Source: Takakia lepidozioides | Taxonomy: Eukaryota; Plantae; Bryophyta | Direction of reading: 5' to 3' | DNA: 64,000 bases | Assembly (NCBI GenBank): GCA_030704615.1 | Contig: CM060732.1 | Location: forward strand, 27,962,001 to 28,026,000 | In this document: piece by piece, positions 1-12,047 of the stretch | Position numbering within the stretch: position 1 is the first letter of the stretch | How the letters are laid out: every line of letters starts with the position of its first letter | The notes under the pieces: generated by a model | Database searches by the model: none | Told to the model about the DNA's origin: nothing | What the model saw: the letters and a program-made list of their open reading frames with translations, nothing else | Translations under genes and position numbers: made by a program

Positions 1-165
1 GATCATCGCTTGGTCTTCAATCGCACATGTCCCAATTTTTTAAAGTATATAGATCAAGAGGTCGGGTGCAACGAGAGCCCCATCATTAATCGCCTGCGTG
101 CAATCCATGATCTTCAATTGAGTATCCATGGCGTTGAGCTCCCACCAGCTAGACCTTGGATCACT
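1..165 (-). repeat. Diverged relic of the 3' UTR of a related element
   Basis: About 30-110 aligns by eye with about 580-660 (minus strand GATTGCA..GGCGA.TAA.GATGGGGCT..TTG.ACCCG.CCTCTTG.TCTATA..GGGACA). Confidence 0.55.
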
Positions 166-490
166 TGTCAACACCCCAAGCTATGGGGACTCCACCCCAC
201 AACAACCTATCCTCCCTTCATAAGCATACTCAGCTTCTAAAGCATGAAGGAGCTGCGCGACTGCCGCTCTCGTGAAGATAAGACGGGTCAGGTGTCAAAC
301 TAAACTTGACACCTGATTTAACACTTGACCTAAATCCAAGTGTTAAATACAAATAACTAGCTTTATTCTAGCTAGTTTCACACTGTGCTTATTTAACTTG
401 ACAGCTGTCGTGCGCATACGTATCGCTACACAACTACATCGCTGTCCAAACCACACCACACATATATGCACAATAAAGTAGTCTGCCACA
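166..490 (-). repeat. Candidate 3' LTR of the DNMT-gypsy element
   Basis: On the minus strand it starts TGTGGCAG (490) just after a purine tract and ends GTTGACA (166), giving TG...CA. 172-407 recurs nearly identically at 25376-25645. Confidence 0.6.
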
Positions 491-491
491 A

Positions 492-502
492 TCGCCCCCC
501 TA
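492..502 (-). other. Polypurine tract (PPT) of the DNMT-gypsy element
   Basis: Minus strand TAGGGGGGCGA immediately upstream of the TG that starts the candidate LTR. Confidence 0.55.
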
Positions 503-749
503 GCTGGTGGATAGGTCCCTCTACTCCAGATAGCTACAAGATGTAATAGCCACAGCCGTACTAAGTCCTCTATCACTGTCCCTATTGTACTCAAACTCTA
601 TAGACCAAGAGGCCGGGTACAAGAGTAGCCCCATCGTTAGTCGCCGTCTTGCAATCTGTGAACTTGAGCCAGGACCTCGTGTGTTCAAGGTCTCCTAGTA
701 GCTGGGCCTTGCGTTTCTTGTTAGCCTTCCATGGTTGTATCCACTCCCA

Positions 750-2206
750 CTATCCAATGCAATGTGGACATAACCAATCCCCATCCGGAACCATCTCAAG
801 AGGTGGAGTCAAGCATCCCATATGCCAACCTCTAGAGCATCGATCACACACCAGCATGGTGGCTGCCCCTTTAGCAGACCCACACAACATGCACCTCAAA
901 CCTGCAGATACCACTGCCAGGTTTGGGTCAATCCTGCCATCGACATTCGGAAGGTGACATGGCGCACAATTACGCACATGGTCCTTCCAAGTTATGCCAT
1001 CCCGACCCTCCAAGACCAAGACGCCTGAGGGCAAGACCTCTCGAACCCTCAAAATAACACGTCCTGCAGTCACATCCAGGGTCGTAGGAGCAGTCTGCTG
1101 CAGATAGACATAGTCACCAGGGTTGAATCTCCGAACCCCAGGACGATAGCCCCCACCACGTATGGTAGCATACCTCAACGTATCACGGTGTTGTGCAATG
1201 GCAAGGTTCTCGAAAGCCATGGGCATGACTCTTCTTGAACAACTCTGCACGCTGCTCACATGCACGTGCCCACACGTCCGGATCGTCAAGGTTAAGAACT
1301 GTAGCAGCTTCTCTGCGAATGGATGTAGGCAAATCCGGCTCTCGGCCAAAGAGAAGAAAGTATGGTGAGAAGGAGGCAAGTGATGCTTGCTTGCTGAACC
1401 TGTAGCCCATGGCTAACCAGGGTAACTGAAGGTCCCAATCTCCTAGGTGTCCCTTCTGCAAGCCATACTTGCGCAAACCCCTCTTTACTGTCTGAACAAC
1501 TCTCTCTGCCAAGCCATCGGCCTCAGGATGATCCCGAGAAGTGGTGCGGTGGTCTATCAAGGCCTTGTCACACAAAAACTCCCCCAAGAACTCTCTCCCT
1601 TGGTCCGTGAGTACCTCAGCTGGAGCACCGAATCGGCTAAGCACACAATCCAAGAATGCATACGCAGCTCCCTCACTAGCCTTATCAGGCAATGGAACCA
1701 ATTCAATCCACTTGGAGAAGTGCTCCACCATCACCAACACGTACTTGTTGTGGCGCATGGTCAGTGGCAACGGCCCTGCGAAGTCAAGACTCCACTGTAG
1801 CCCAATCCCATGATCGGAAGAGGGTGCAATTGTGGAGTAGGGGCGTTGAATGAAGCACGCACCCTGTCACACACCATGCACCTAGCCACAAATTTGTGCA
1901 CCTCTGTGTGCATACCACGCCACCATACTGCCCCTGCAGTAGACTATGAGTGCGTCGCACCCCAAAATGCCCCAACTCCTCATGGGCATGCCGCACTAAC
2001 CGTGCCCGCTGTGTTGGGTGAGGCACAATCCTCACTCGACCATCCTCCCACACTCGGAGCAGGTGTGTCCCCTCCCACTTGAACCTTTGGCTCGTTGTAG
2101 GATCCGATCCCTCTCCTTGGCAGTCACAGTGGCTGCATGTCTCCAGTGCGGAGGTAGTCCAACACAACTGAATCCTCATGTATATCTTTGGCGCCACCTT
2201 GCTCAT
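750..2206 (-). pseudogene. Integrase (H2C2 zinc-binding + DDE core) with C-terminal PHD finger (759-893), frameshifted
   Basis: HEELGHFG..C; VEHFSKW, LTDQGREF, ADGLAER core; C4HC3 CMLC..CDRC..WHMGC..WLCPHC. Confidence 0.92.
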
Positions 2207-3780
2207 TGCTGGCCTCAGGGTCCTCAGACACTTGATCTACAGTCATCCCTGTTGCAGGTCCAACCTGGCCTTCCGCTGCCAAGATACACAGAAATGCAGA
2301 TGCATGCCATCCGGGCACCATCTCCTCGTCCGTCTCACCATGCCACCGAGCTCCAGTGTCATCCTGCTGGCTCGTGCATGGATTGCGACTCAACCCATCT
2401 GCATTGCGATTGACCAAACCCGGTCGATGCACCACCTGAAAGTCATACTCTTGAAGGATGAGTGCCCACCGTGCAAGCTTCCCCGTAAGCTTGTCTGACT
2501 CCATCAACCACTTGAGTGGTTGGTGATCCGTGACAAGGGTGAAGAGATTGCCGTATAGATAGCACCTGAAGTGTGCCACGGCCCACACTGCAGCTAAGCA
2601 TTCTCCCTCATATGAGCTATACTTAGACTCTGCAGCATTGTTCGAGCGGCTAGCATAAGCCACTACGAACTCTCTTCCCTCATCATCCACCTGTGTGAGC
2701 ACCGCTCCAAGCCCCAGCATGCTCCAATCTGTATGCAGCTGAAAAGGACGCCCCCTGATAGGTCGTCTCAAGATGGGCGCCGAGGTCAACCTCGCCTTGA
2801 GCTCTTGAAAAGCTTGTTCTTGCTCATCTTCCCACTGCCACTCCTGGTCCACCTTGGTCAGCTTGGTTAGAGCCTTTGCAATGGCACTAAATCCCTTAAC
2901 AAACCGTCTGTAATAGTTTGCTAACCCCATGAAAGCTCGAACTCGGCTCACATCCGTGGGGCGTGGAACCTGTGCAATGGACTCTACCTTAGTCTGCTGT
3001 ACCCCCAATCCTCCAGGATATATCATGTGACCCAGATACTCAATCTGGTTGTGGAAAAACTTGCACTTGCCCGGATGTAACTTCAATCCGTGCGTCCTCA
3101 AGCGCTCAAATACCCCCTGAAGGTGTCTCTCATGCTCCTCCACCGTAGCACTAAAGATGATGATGTCATCTATGTAGCACCGAGCAAACTCCACCCCTGC
3201 TAGAATCCTGTCCATGACTCTTTGAAACTCAGCGGAGCGTTTTTAAGCCCAAATGGTAAGAACCGCCACTGGTATAGGCAATCCTTCCCGTGCTCATTGA
3301 TCCCCCAGAATGCCGTCTTTTGCTTATCCGCCTCCTTGATCGGCAACTGGTGATATCCGGATCGTAAATCCAACGTGCTAAAGACCTTGGAATGCCCAAT
3401 GGCATCAAAGATCTCCTCTGGTGTCGGCATGGCATACCTATCGGACTTGGTCTGACGATTTACAGGCCGGTAATCACCGCACATACGTCTCTCTCCGTCC
3501 AATTGCCATAGACATCCTTCTTGGCTGGCATCACTGTGGCTGAAGCATACTCTCCACCAGAGAGCTCCACCAAACCTGCCTCCCAGAGATCTTGAGTCCT
3601 CATCTGAATCAAAGACCTCTCCATGTCACTGTATCTATAGGGTCTCCGAAAGATTGGCGTGTCAGTGGCCAACTCAATACGGATCTCTTGACCCTTCAGT
3701 GCTCCCAAGTCCTTCAAACTGAAGGCAAAGCAATTCCTGTAAGCCCTCAGGAACCGCCGTATACGTCGTCTCTCTCCTCC
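2124..3780 (-). pseudogene. Reverse transcriptase + RNase H (Ty3/gypsy), frameshifted
   Basis: [33 protein letters not shown]; RNase H HTDWS, GECLA, TDHQPL, ADGLSR. Confidence 0.95.
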
Positions 3781-4159
3781 GGTGACAATGGGTCCAATGT
3801 CAGGCTCCCAATTGTCCTCCGTAACTGCAACCTTAAGTCCAGTGGCTTAGAGGTAGAGGACGCGTCCCGTGGTTGCTATGCTGCAACCTCTGAGCAGTAC
3901 TCCCTTCCTGCTCAGTCAATGACAAGGCCTCATCCTGCCCCATCATCTCATCATTGAGAACCTCCTCATCCCGAGAAGAATCCCCAACCTCATCCATCAC
4001 AGCTGCCTTGGCTGCCAATCCCTCTGAACCTCGAGCACCTCCCACGTGTGCCATGGATGTCTACACCCCGTGGTCCTCACCGCTCGCCCCCACTCGCGCC
4101 TGTACCGTCTCGGTAGGCAGAGAGACCGTCAAGGGAAGTGCACTCCGCACTCTACGTTG

Positions 4160-5110
4160 CTCAGCCATAGCCAAGCTGATAATCCAGGTCAAGCAATTGA
4201 GATCCATTGCTTGCCCCAACACCTGACGACGTGATGCCTCAGAAAGAGAAGGCACCGCCGTGGTCCCAGTGGAAAACCCATAGCCCGCTCTCGCTCGTCG
4301 GCATTAGGCTCTAACTGTTGCAACTGAGCATCCCACAAGGCCAGGTCCACCATCCCGAAAAGCATGGGATCCTGGGAAGCTGAGCAGTGTAGGTAATGCT
4401 GCTCGTGGTTGACCCACCCTGTTGACCACTGCCAAAGGCGAACGGTCATCGTGTCTCACACGTTGAGACTGCCTCCCTGTGTCCAAAATGCCATCCACGG
4501 TGAGGTGTGCTGGCCGCTGCACCCCATCAAATGCACGCTTGAGCAGTGCGGGTGGCATCAAGTTAGTCCACCATAGCGTGGACGATGAGCCCGTGACCCA
4601 CTGCAGCTGCATCCAAGCACTGCTGACCCAAGCCACGACCGGACTTGATGCACACTGGCCATCACCCTGGCCCGAGAATCACCCATCAGTGGCACATTCT
4701 CCAAGATGTATGCTGGAGATACAGCTTGATGAAGCTGCAAGTGGCGCAAAACCCGCACCATCTCCCAAAACAGACCCGTCCTCGAGTCTCGCAATCCATT
4801 GCCATGCCCGGCTGATGAATGCCCTTGGCAGGGCCAACCTGCCACTACAGATCAATGGAGCCAACCTGCTCCAAATCCTGCGCCCCCAGCAACGAAATGT
4901 CTGCTGGCAAGGCTTGTTGGTATCCACGAACTGCAGACACTGGCAACAAATCAGGGTACTGCTGTACCAACTGAGCAACATGGCGCAGTGAGACGCGTCG
5001 TGCAGTCTCATCCCTCTCCACATACAGGTAACGCCTTACCCGCACACCTGCCTGTAGCACAGCAGCCAATCCGGTGCTGATCCCGCCAAACAAGTCCAGA
5101 AGGCAATGCC
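4160..5110 (-). CDS. C5 cytosine DNA methyltransferase, DNMT3-like, inside retrotransposon pol between protease and RT (split by single-base frameshifts)
   Basis: Motif I LDLFGGISTG (~5070-5099), II YLYVERD, III PADI, IV AGWPCQ (Cys codon 4828-4830), VI ILENV (ENV at 4693-4701), VIII AHRPRxWWTN (4562-4590), IX ERERAMGFP (4270-4296), X RRQVLGQAMD (4202-4231). Confidence 0.9.
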
Positions 5111-5489
5111 TTCATCCGGATACTGCCACACAAGGTGTGGTATCCAATGGTGACAACTGAGGTGGTCCTGGTGCAATACCCACTCTCCTCCTCTCTCCTG
5201 ACGGTACAAAGCCTCTACCCAGCTTGTTGCACCCGTCCATCAGCAGCCTGCTGCAAATCCTTGCTCGTACCCCACAATGGAGTGTGAGCAACCATGGCAG
5301 GCAACTCCGCCATACCATGCATGTCATCCTGCTCTGCTGGAGGTGGCACATCCTCTGCATGGGCATTGCCTCCAGCAACTCTCCAGGCCAACTAACTGCA
5401 GCTGTAAAGGCGGCTAGTGTTGGCATCTTGCCCCGCTGGGCAGCCGCAACCCCCAATGAATGTCACAGGGAGCTGTGCACGGCGACCAT

Positions 5490-5860
5490 CCCTGACTGCC
5501 ATCCAGGCCTGTAGGATGCTGACTCCTCCCAAAAGTCCAGGGTGAAGCCCATGGGGTATAACACTGCCCCACCAACGAGGACATCGTAAGAGACCGCGTC
5601 TGTCACAATGGCCTTGGCTCGCATCACTGAGCCATCTTAGGATGATCCGGCTGCAGTCTAATGGCCAACTGATGCCGTGTCATGCCCCGAGCCTGCTCTG
5701 ATCCTCCCAGAGATGTCTGTATCTGGAAAGGACAAGGCTCCATATCCGCCTCCATGAGGCCCAAACCTGCAATAGCAGCTCTGCCCAACATCAGTGGCTG
5801 AGCTCCCGAGTCCAACAAGACCCGCAGTGGCCGGTACTTCTTGCCTGCCGGTCCACTCAA
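5490..5860 (-). pseudogene. Retroviral-type aspartic protease
   Basis: VLLDSGAQP catalytic motif, then YDVLVGG..LYPMGFTLDFW in a shifted frame. Confidence 0.85.
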
Positions 5861-6181
5861 AGTGAAAATGCCTCCTGGTTGTCTAACAAGACAACTCCAG
5901 GTGTCACCATGGCGCGCTCAAGGCAGCTGCAACTTGCCATGGCGCAGCCGTGGCAGTCTTGACCCTCAAATCCGAGGATCCCTCTGCCACTACACCTTCC
6001 ACTAACTCCGCAGAAGATGAAGTGACCTCCCCACTCTCACAGAGTGTTGCTGCTAGTCTGAACACTGCAGCTGGTCTTACCCCCGGCGTCGCAATCATGG
6101 TTGCCGAGAACAGTGGGGCTTGACACACAGAGGTGGCTGCCCCCAACAACACACCGGCTGCACTAGCCTTGGCAGCAGGTG

Positions 6182-7862
6182 TCAGTGCTGCACGTGTAGC
6201 TCTCCCCAATGGCATAGTAACCTCCGCCTCGGTAACAGTCGGGCGAGAACTAGGTGCCATGGATGGCGTCGACACTGTCTCCGCCAAGGTGAATGACTGA
6301 GGCCCCTCGCCTGACGGCTTGCCTCCCCACGTTGTGGATCCAACTCCACCTCTGCACCTCGTGGCTCAGGAACTCGTGCTGCTCCTCGAGTCACGGCTGC
6401 AGCAGACTCCACCTGCTCTAGTGGTAGTGCTGCTCCGCACATGAATCCCATGCCTCCCATATCTCCTCCCTCAGGAGCAGGAGGTGGACCATCCCGCCTG
6501 GGAGCCGGTACCGCCTGAGCTGTAGCCATGGCAGCGAGCCTCTGCTCTAGCTGCTGAAGCCGGTTGGCCATGCCTTGGTCAACACCCTGACCTCCGCGTC
6601 CTTGGCCATGTTGAGCTTGCCCTTGGCCTGCACCTCGTGCCCGACCACCTCGTCCTCTCTGGGCTGGTCCACCTCGCCCCGGCCACCATTGTTCCCTTGG
6701 AACTGGCCTGGGCGCAACTCAGGATGCAAGTCATAACACTGGGCATCTCCATGCCCATACTTGCCACAATGCCCACACTGCAACTGTGCAGGCTGTGCTT
6801 GTGCCGGCCTTTTGCCACTCTCTGGGCAATCTCTTTTGACATGGGGTCCTCCACATGTCCAACATATCACCCCTGGTTGCTGTTGGCCTGCAAAAGATGC
6901 CACGGGCCTCTGCACCTGAGGTCCCCTGTAAGCTCCATGGAACTTGGGCTGGGCAACCTTGCCCCCCTGACCACGCTGTTGGGCAGTCCCTTGTGCCTGT
7001 GGGCTGGCAGCTGCGCCTCGTGCAGGCATGTCCTTGCCAAATCCAATGTAACAACTCGCTCCTCCACCATGTTGAGCTCAATCCGCTCAGCCAGCAGAAA
7101 CACATCTGCTAATGTGGGTTGGGCTGCTTGTAACAGGGTTGCATCTCGCACCCTTCTCTTGAGCTCCTTGTCCAGAATTCCATACCAAAACTGGATTGCC
7201 TGAGCTTCAGTAACCCCTTGGGTCACACTTATCAAGCGCCTCATACGAGTGTACGCCTCTCGCAGGCTCTCACTGGGTTTGCGCTGGAAGTCTTGCAAAA
7301 CTTCGCAGCTTCTCTGTCCGTACACCTTGGTAGTTCCTCCGCAACTCCTGGAAGAACTCCACCACCGGGTTGAATCTAGGCACATGTGTTGTAGTCGTGG
7401 CAGGAGGAGTAGTAGCACCTTTTGAACTGGTACCACCTGCAGAAGTACCGGCACTACTTGCTCCACTACTAGTGCTGGCAGTGGGAGATTTGGTACTGAT
7501 GCAGCTACTGGTCGCGTCGTGCCTCGAGTAATGGAGACGTAGTCAGGTGACCAATACATCCTCCACTCCTCAATCCTGCTTCATGTCCTCGCCTGAACTC
7601 GTGGTAATCGTCCATAGGCGGGCCTTCCAAATGCTGGAACAGTCCCTTCCACGCCATGAATGGGGTGAATAGCTGTGGATTGCGCATCTGCTGCAAATCA
7701 CACCAGCTGTCGACTCCTGGATAAAGTCATCCAACTCGATTGTGCCCACAGCTCCAGAGTACCTACGAGGCCCCTTGGTAGCTCCATACATCTCCTCCAT
7801 GTCGTCCCACAACAATGGCGAATGAAACTGCACACCTGTTGATGAAGCCTCCGAGTCTGTGT
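6182..7862 (-). pseudogene. gag (main part) with two CCHC zinc knuckles
   Basis: YSGAVGTIELDDFIQE, FQRKPSESLREAYTRM (retrotrans_gag-like); CWTCGGPHVKRDC and CGHCGKYGHGDAQC. Confidence 0.85.
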
Positions 7863-7867
7863 CTGAC

Positions 7868-8542
7868 TGTCGCGCACCTCACTTCGGTAAGCTCCCCTTC
7901 AAGTCATAGTTACTCGCTTTGATGCGCGGGCCACTTGGCTCGGCTGCTCACCGGGATAACGGTCCCCTTTGCTCCCAAAACCCTCCACCTTTTGGCCTAG
8001 TGGAATTCCCTTTGGTAGATGGCAGTCCGGAACAGCTCCTCTTTGGTCGCTTTCCGGCTCGCTCGCTTACTCACTAGTTTTTGGTCACCAACGGGCTTGC
8101 ACCGTTCTCGGGGTTACTACTCCCTTATATATACTTCTGTAGCTGTCCGCGGGGGTTTCACAACCAGCCATGCCATTTTATGGCGAACCACACGAAAACC
8201 CTCGACTCCCGGTGATGAGTCGCGGTGAGTCTTGGCCCACTCACCACGGCCCCTATGGACCGTGATGAGTCCCAAGACTCCCCACGACTCCCACCACGAG
8301 GTCTCCGCCCCCATGGTGAGTCCTATGCCACCCCCACTAAGTCCCGCTAAGCTACCACCACCCTTTGTGGAGCCACCCCCACCGCAACCCGGTGTCCACC
8401 TAGTGAGCGCCTCCGCCTCCTTGAGTGCCTTGGGCACTCAAGGGTGCTTCAGCCCCCCATACCTATCGCTGCCGCTGCCCCACCACAGGGGCAGCCCCTC
8501 ATGTGTCCCGACCCCCTGCCCTCAAGGCAAAGGGCCGCGACA
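7868..8542 (-). repeat. 3' LTR of outer chromovirus
   Basis: Homologous to 20859-21585; preceded on the minus strand by purine-rich GGTAGGGGTGTG (8543-8554). Confidence 0.93.
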
Positions 8543-9447
8543 CACACCCCTACCAACAGGGAGTCGATGTCCTCATCGACTTGTCCATTTTGTAGAAACG
8601 AACATCCAAGTTGTGGCGTCCCACATCAAGGAGTTTGTTTCCGTACCATGGCGTCCCATGGCAAAGAACCAAACCCCACACTTGACTCTACTCTCCACTA
8701 GCTAGTTCGGCCGACTTCCTCCAAGTCCCGGCCAAGGGTGGAGCCTCCCAGCTCCTCCCAGTGCACTCTTCTTGGCCTACTTCAAGGCCAAGGAACGATC
8801 CTCCCCGAGGATCGAATCGCCTTACTGCAACAACATTGCTTGCGACCGCTCATGATGCCGCTTTTGGCATCACCTTGAGCAAGGGTTCACCTGGAACCCT
8901 CTTTGACTAGGAAGATAACCTTGAACCAACCGTGCGCCCCAATCACTACAATTGGGTCCGCCTTGGAATGCTGGCCTGAGGTACGGGAACACGCCGAAGC
9001 CGCACTACGACTTCGTCCCGAGGCTACACGATTATAGTACGTGAACGGAAGCACGTAGCTTCCGCGTTAGCCCGCACTACAAGGCAACCCCCGGTAGCGC
9101 AGTTATAGTACGCGCACGCGCCAGGTGCGCACTAGCACGTGAACTCCCAAAGAAGGCGCAAGTTTCCTTGCCCCTTGGATGGGGGTCACCCGATTTCGGC
9201 ACTACGCAAACACACGATTAACCCAATTTACCTCTCCCACTTTTGTATAAGCTAGCATGCATTCTACACACTAGCCAACCACACCATGCATCACCATTCC
9301 AAACAAAATAGGACGCACAACATTTGGAACCCATTTCCTTTATAACAAATTTTTGTACAATACAAGTTTTTGCAATCGGATTCCTAAGCTAGCTAAGCCG
9401 GGCTAAGCATGCATTTCCTCCCCCACGCTCCAAGGTTGATGTCCCCA

Positions 9448-11336
9448 TCAACGCTTCTTCCGCTTTTGAGGTCGCCCTTCGAAAGCTGCAACCGCCTCGG
9501 ATGCGTTTCCCATTTCTGAGGCACGCACCCAAGATGCCTCCACATGATGATAGCCCTTCCATTTGACGAGATACTCCGTTTCTCGGTTCTTGAACCTCCT
9601 CGACTTAAGTATTGCCTCCACCTCGTACTCAGGTTCATTTTCATGATCCAACAGCATAGGTGGCGGACGCAACACTTGATGCCGATTCGGACGCGCTTCA
9701 TCTTTGAAGTAAGGCTTCAAAAGGGAGACATGGAATACTGGGTGCACCTTGCTGTTTGCCGGCAGCTCCAATTCATACACATCCTCATTCATAACCTTCC
9801 GAATGCGAAAGGGTCCCGCATACGGAGGTACGAACTTTGGACTCACTTCCGGAGGTAGTCGGAAATTCTTGATGTTCAACCAGACCTCTGTGCCTGCCTC
9901 AAACTTCACTTCCCTCCGCTTTCCGATTCGCCTGCCTTTCATACCGTTTCCTAGCTTTGGCAATGTTGTACTTTGCGAGCTTCAACAAACGCTCGCGTTC
10001 TTCCAGTACCGCCGCTACTGCCGGTTCCTCAACGTCCTGGGCGGCCCAACTTGTCGGCACCAGAGGTGCTTTTCCATAGACCAATACGAAAGGGGAAACT
10101 CCCGTTGCGGAGTGTTCTGTGTTATTATAACAGAACTCTGCCGCGTCTAAGTGTTCCACCAGTCTGTTTGGTCTGCCGACACGTAATTCCGCAAGATCTG
10201 CTTCACTACGGAATTCACTCTTTCTGTTTGGCCGTCGGTCGTAGGTCGGAAGGCGGTGCTCATCTTCAGCCTCGTCCCCATCTTCTTCCAAAGTCCCTCC
10301 AAAATTTACTCGTAAACTTTGGATCGCGGTCCGAGACAATATCCTTCGGGACTCCATGATGCTTTAAGACGTGGGCGAAGTAAAGTCGCCCTGTCTCCTG
10401 CGCCGTTGCCCTCTCCTTGGTGGGATGAAATGGCCCATTTTACTGAACCTATCCACCACCACCATGATTGCATCGAATCCTTTTGACAGCGGCATAGCAG
10501 TCATGAAATCCATCGAGACGCTTTCCCAAGTCCCTCTGGAATCGGCAAGGGTTGTAACAGCCCCGCTTGCTTTTTGTACTCGCTCCGGTTTTGTTGGCAT
10601 GTGGTGCATGTCTTGACATACTCCTCTGCCTCCTCCCTCAGTTTGGGCCAGAAATACTCTTTCTTCAAGAGTGCCGCGGTGCGCTTGGCTCCGCCGTGGC
10701 CCGCAAGCGGGCTATCATGGCATTCTCTCAAGAGACTATCTCTGATCCCTCCCTTCGGCACGTAGAGACGCTTTTGCTTATACCGGAGCAGTCCATTTTG
10801 CAAGTGGAACTGCGATTTAACCCATCCTCAAGTCCTGCATCACGGACTTCGCCAGCTCATCCTTCCGGCAAGCCTTCCGGATCTTCTTTGGAGCGCCGTC
10901 TCGCCCTTGTACACCAACAAGAGCTGCTGCTTTCTACTTAAAGCATCGGCCACCACGTTGTCCGTCCCGGTTTGTACTGGATATCCACGTCGAACACTGC
11001 CAAAGTATCTTGCCACCTAAGTTGTTTTGGGGACAACTTGGGCTGCGTGGCAAAATACTTCACCGTGACATTGTCCGTGAACACCTTCACTGGGTTGGAA
11101 CCAACATAGTGGCGCCAAAGCTCAAGCAGTGCCTTCATCTCTTTTCGTGCGTCGGCCACCGTCGCTCACTTCATTCAGTTTCTTACTTTCGTAAGCCACT
11201 GGACGTCCATCTTGCATAAGAACACCCCCAATCGCGAAGTCCGACGCATCTGTATGATCTCGAACGGACGATCGAACTCCGGGATTTTCAAGACTCGAGC
11301 TTCGCTTCAATTCAGCAAAGCTTGGCCATAAAGGTG
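9448..11336 (-). pseudogene. Outer chromovirus RNase H - integrase - chromodomain, frameshifted
   Basis: HTDASDFAIGG, CHDSPLAGH, VDRFSKM, HPVFHVSLLKP; chromodomain EYEVEAIL..YLVKWKGY..SW. Confidence 0.92.
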
Positions 11337-12047
11337 ACCCTTTGGCTTGAGGGCAGGGAGGTCGGGACTCAAGAGGGCTGCCCCTGTGGTGGGGGCAGTG
11401 GCAGCGATAGGGGGGCTGAAGCACCCTTGAGTGCCCAAGGCACTCAAGGAGGCGGAGGCGCTCACTAGGTGGAGCCCCGCACACCGGGTTGCGGGGGTGG
11501 CTCCACAAGGGGTGGTGGTAGCTTAGCGGGACTTAGTGGGGGTGGCATAGGACTCACCATGGGGGCGGAGACCTCGTGGTGGGAGTCGTGGGAGTCTTGG
11601 GACTCATCACGGTCCATAGGGGCCGTGGTGAGCGGGCCAAGACTCACCGCGACTCATCACCGGAGTCGAGGGTTTTCGTGGTGGTTCGCCATAAAATGGC
11701 ATGGCTGGTTGTGGAAACCCCCGCGGACAGCTACAGAAGTATATATAGGGAGTAGTAACCCCGAGAACGGTGCAAGCCCGTTGGTGACCAAAAACTAGTG
11801 AGTAAGCGAGCGAGCCGGAAAGCGACCAAAGAGTGGGGAGCTGTTCCGGACTGCCATCTACCCAAAGGGAATTCTCCTAGTCCCAAATAGGTGGAGGGTT
11901 TAGAGGGAAGCGAAGGGGGACCGTTATGTCCCGGTGAGCAGCCGAAGCTCCAAGTTGGCCCGGCGGCCAGGTTGGGAGTCAGGCGCGCGCATCAAAGCGA
12001 GTAACTATGACTTGAAGGGGAGCTTACCGAAGTGAGGTGCGCGACAC

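Noticed and set aside
4160-5110. Bacterial restriction-modification methyltransferase or contamination
   Set aside because: It is collinear within pol, has DNMT3-like motifs, and there is no endonuclease or bacterial context.
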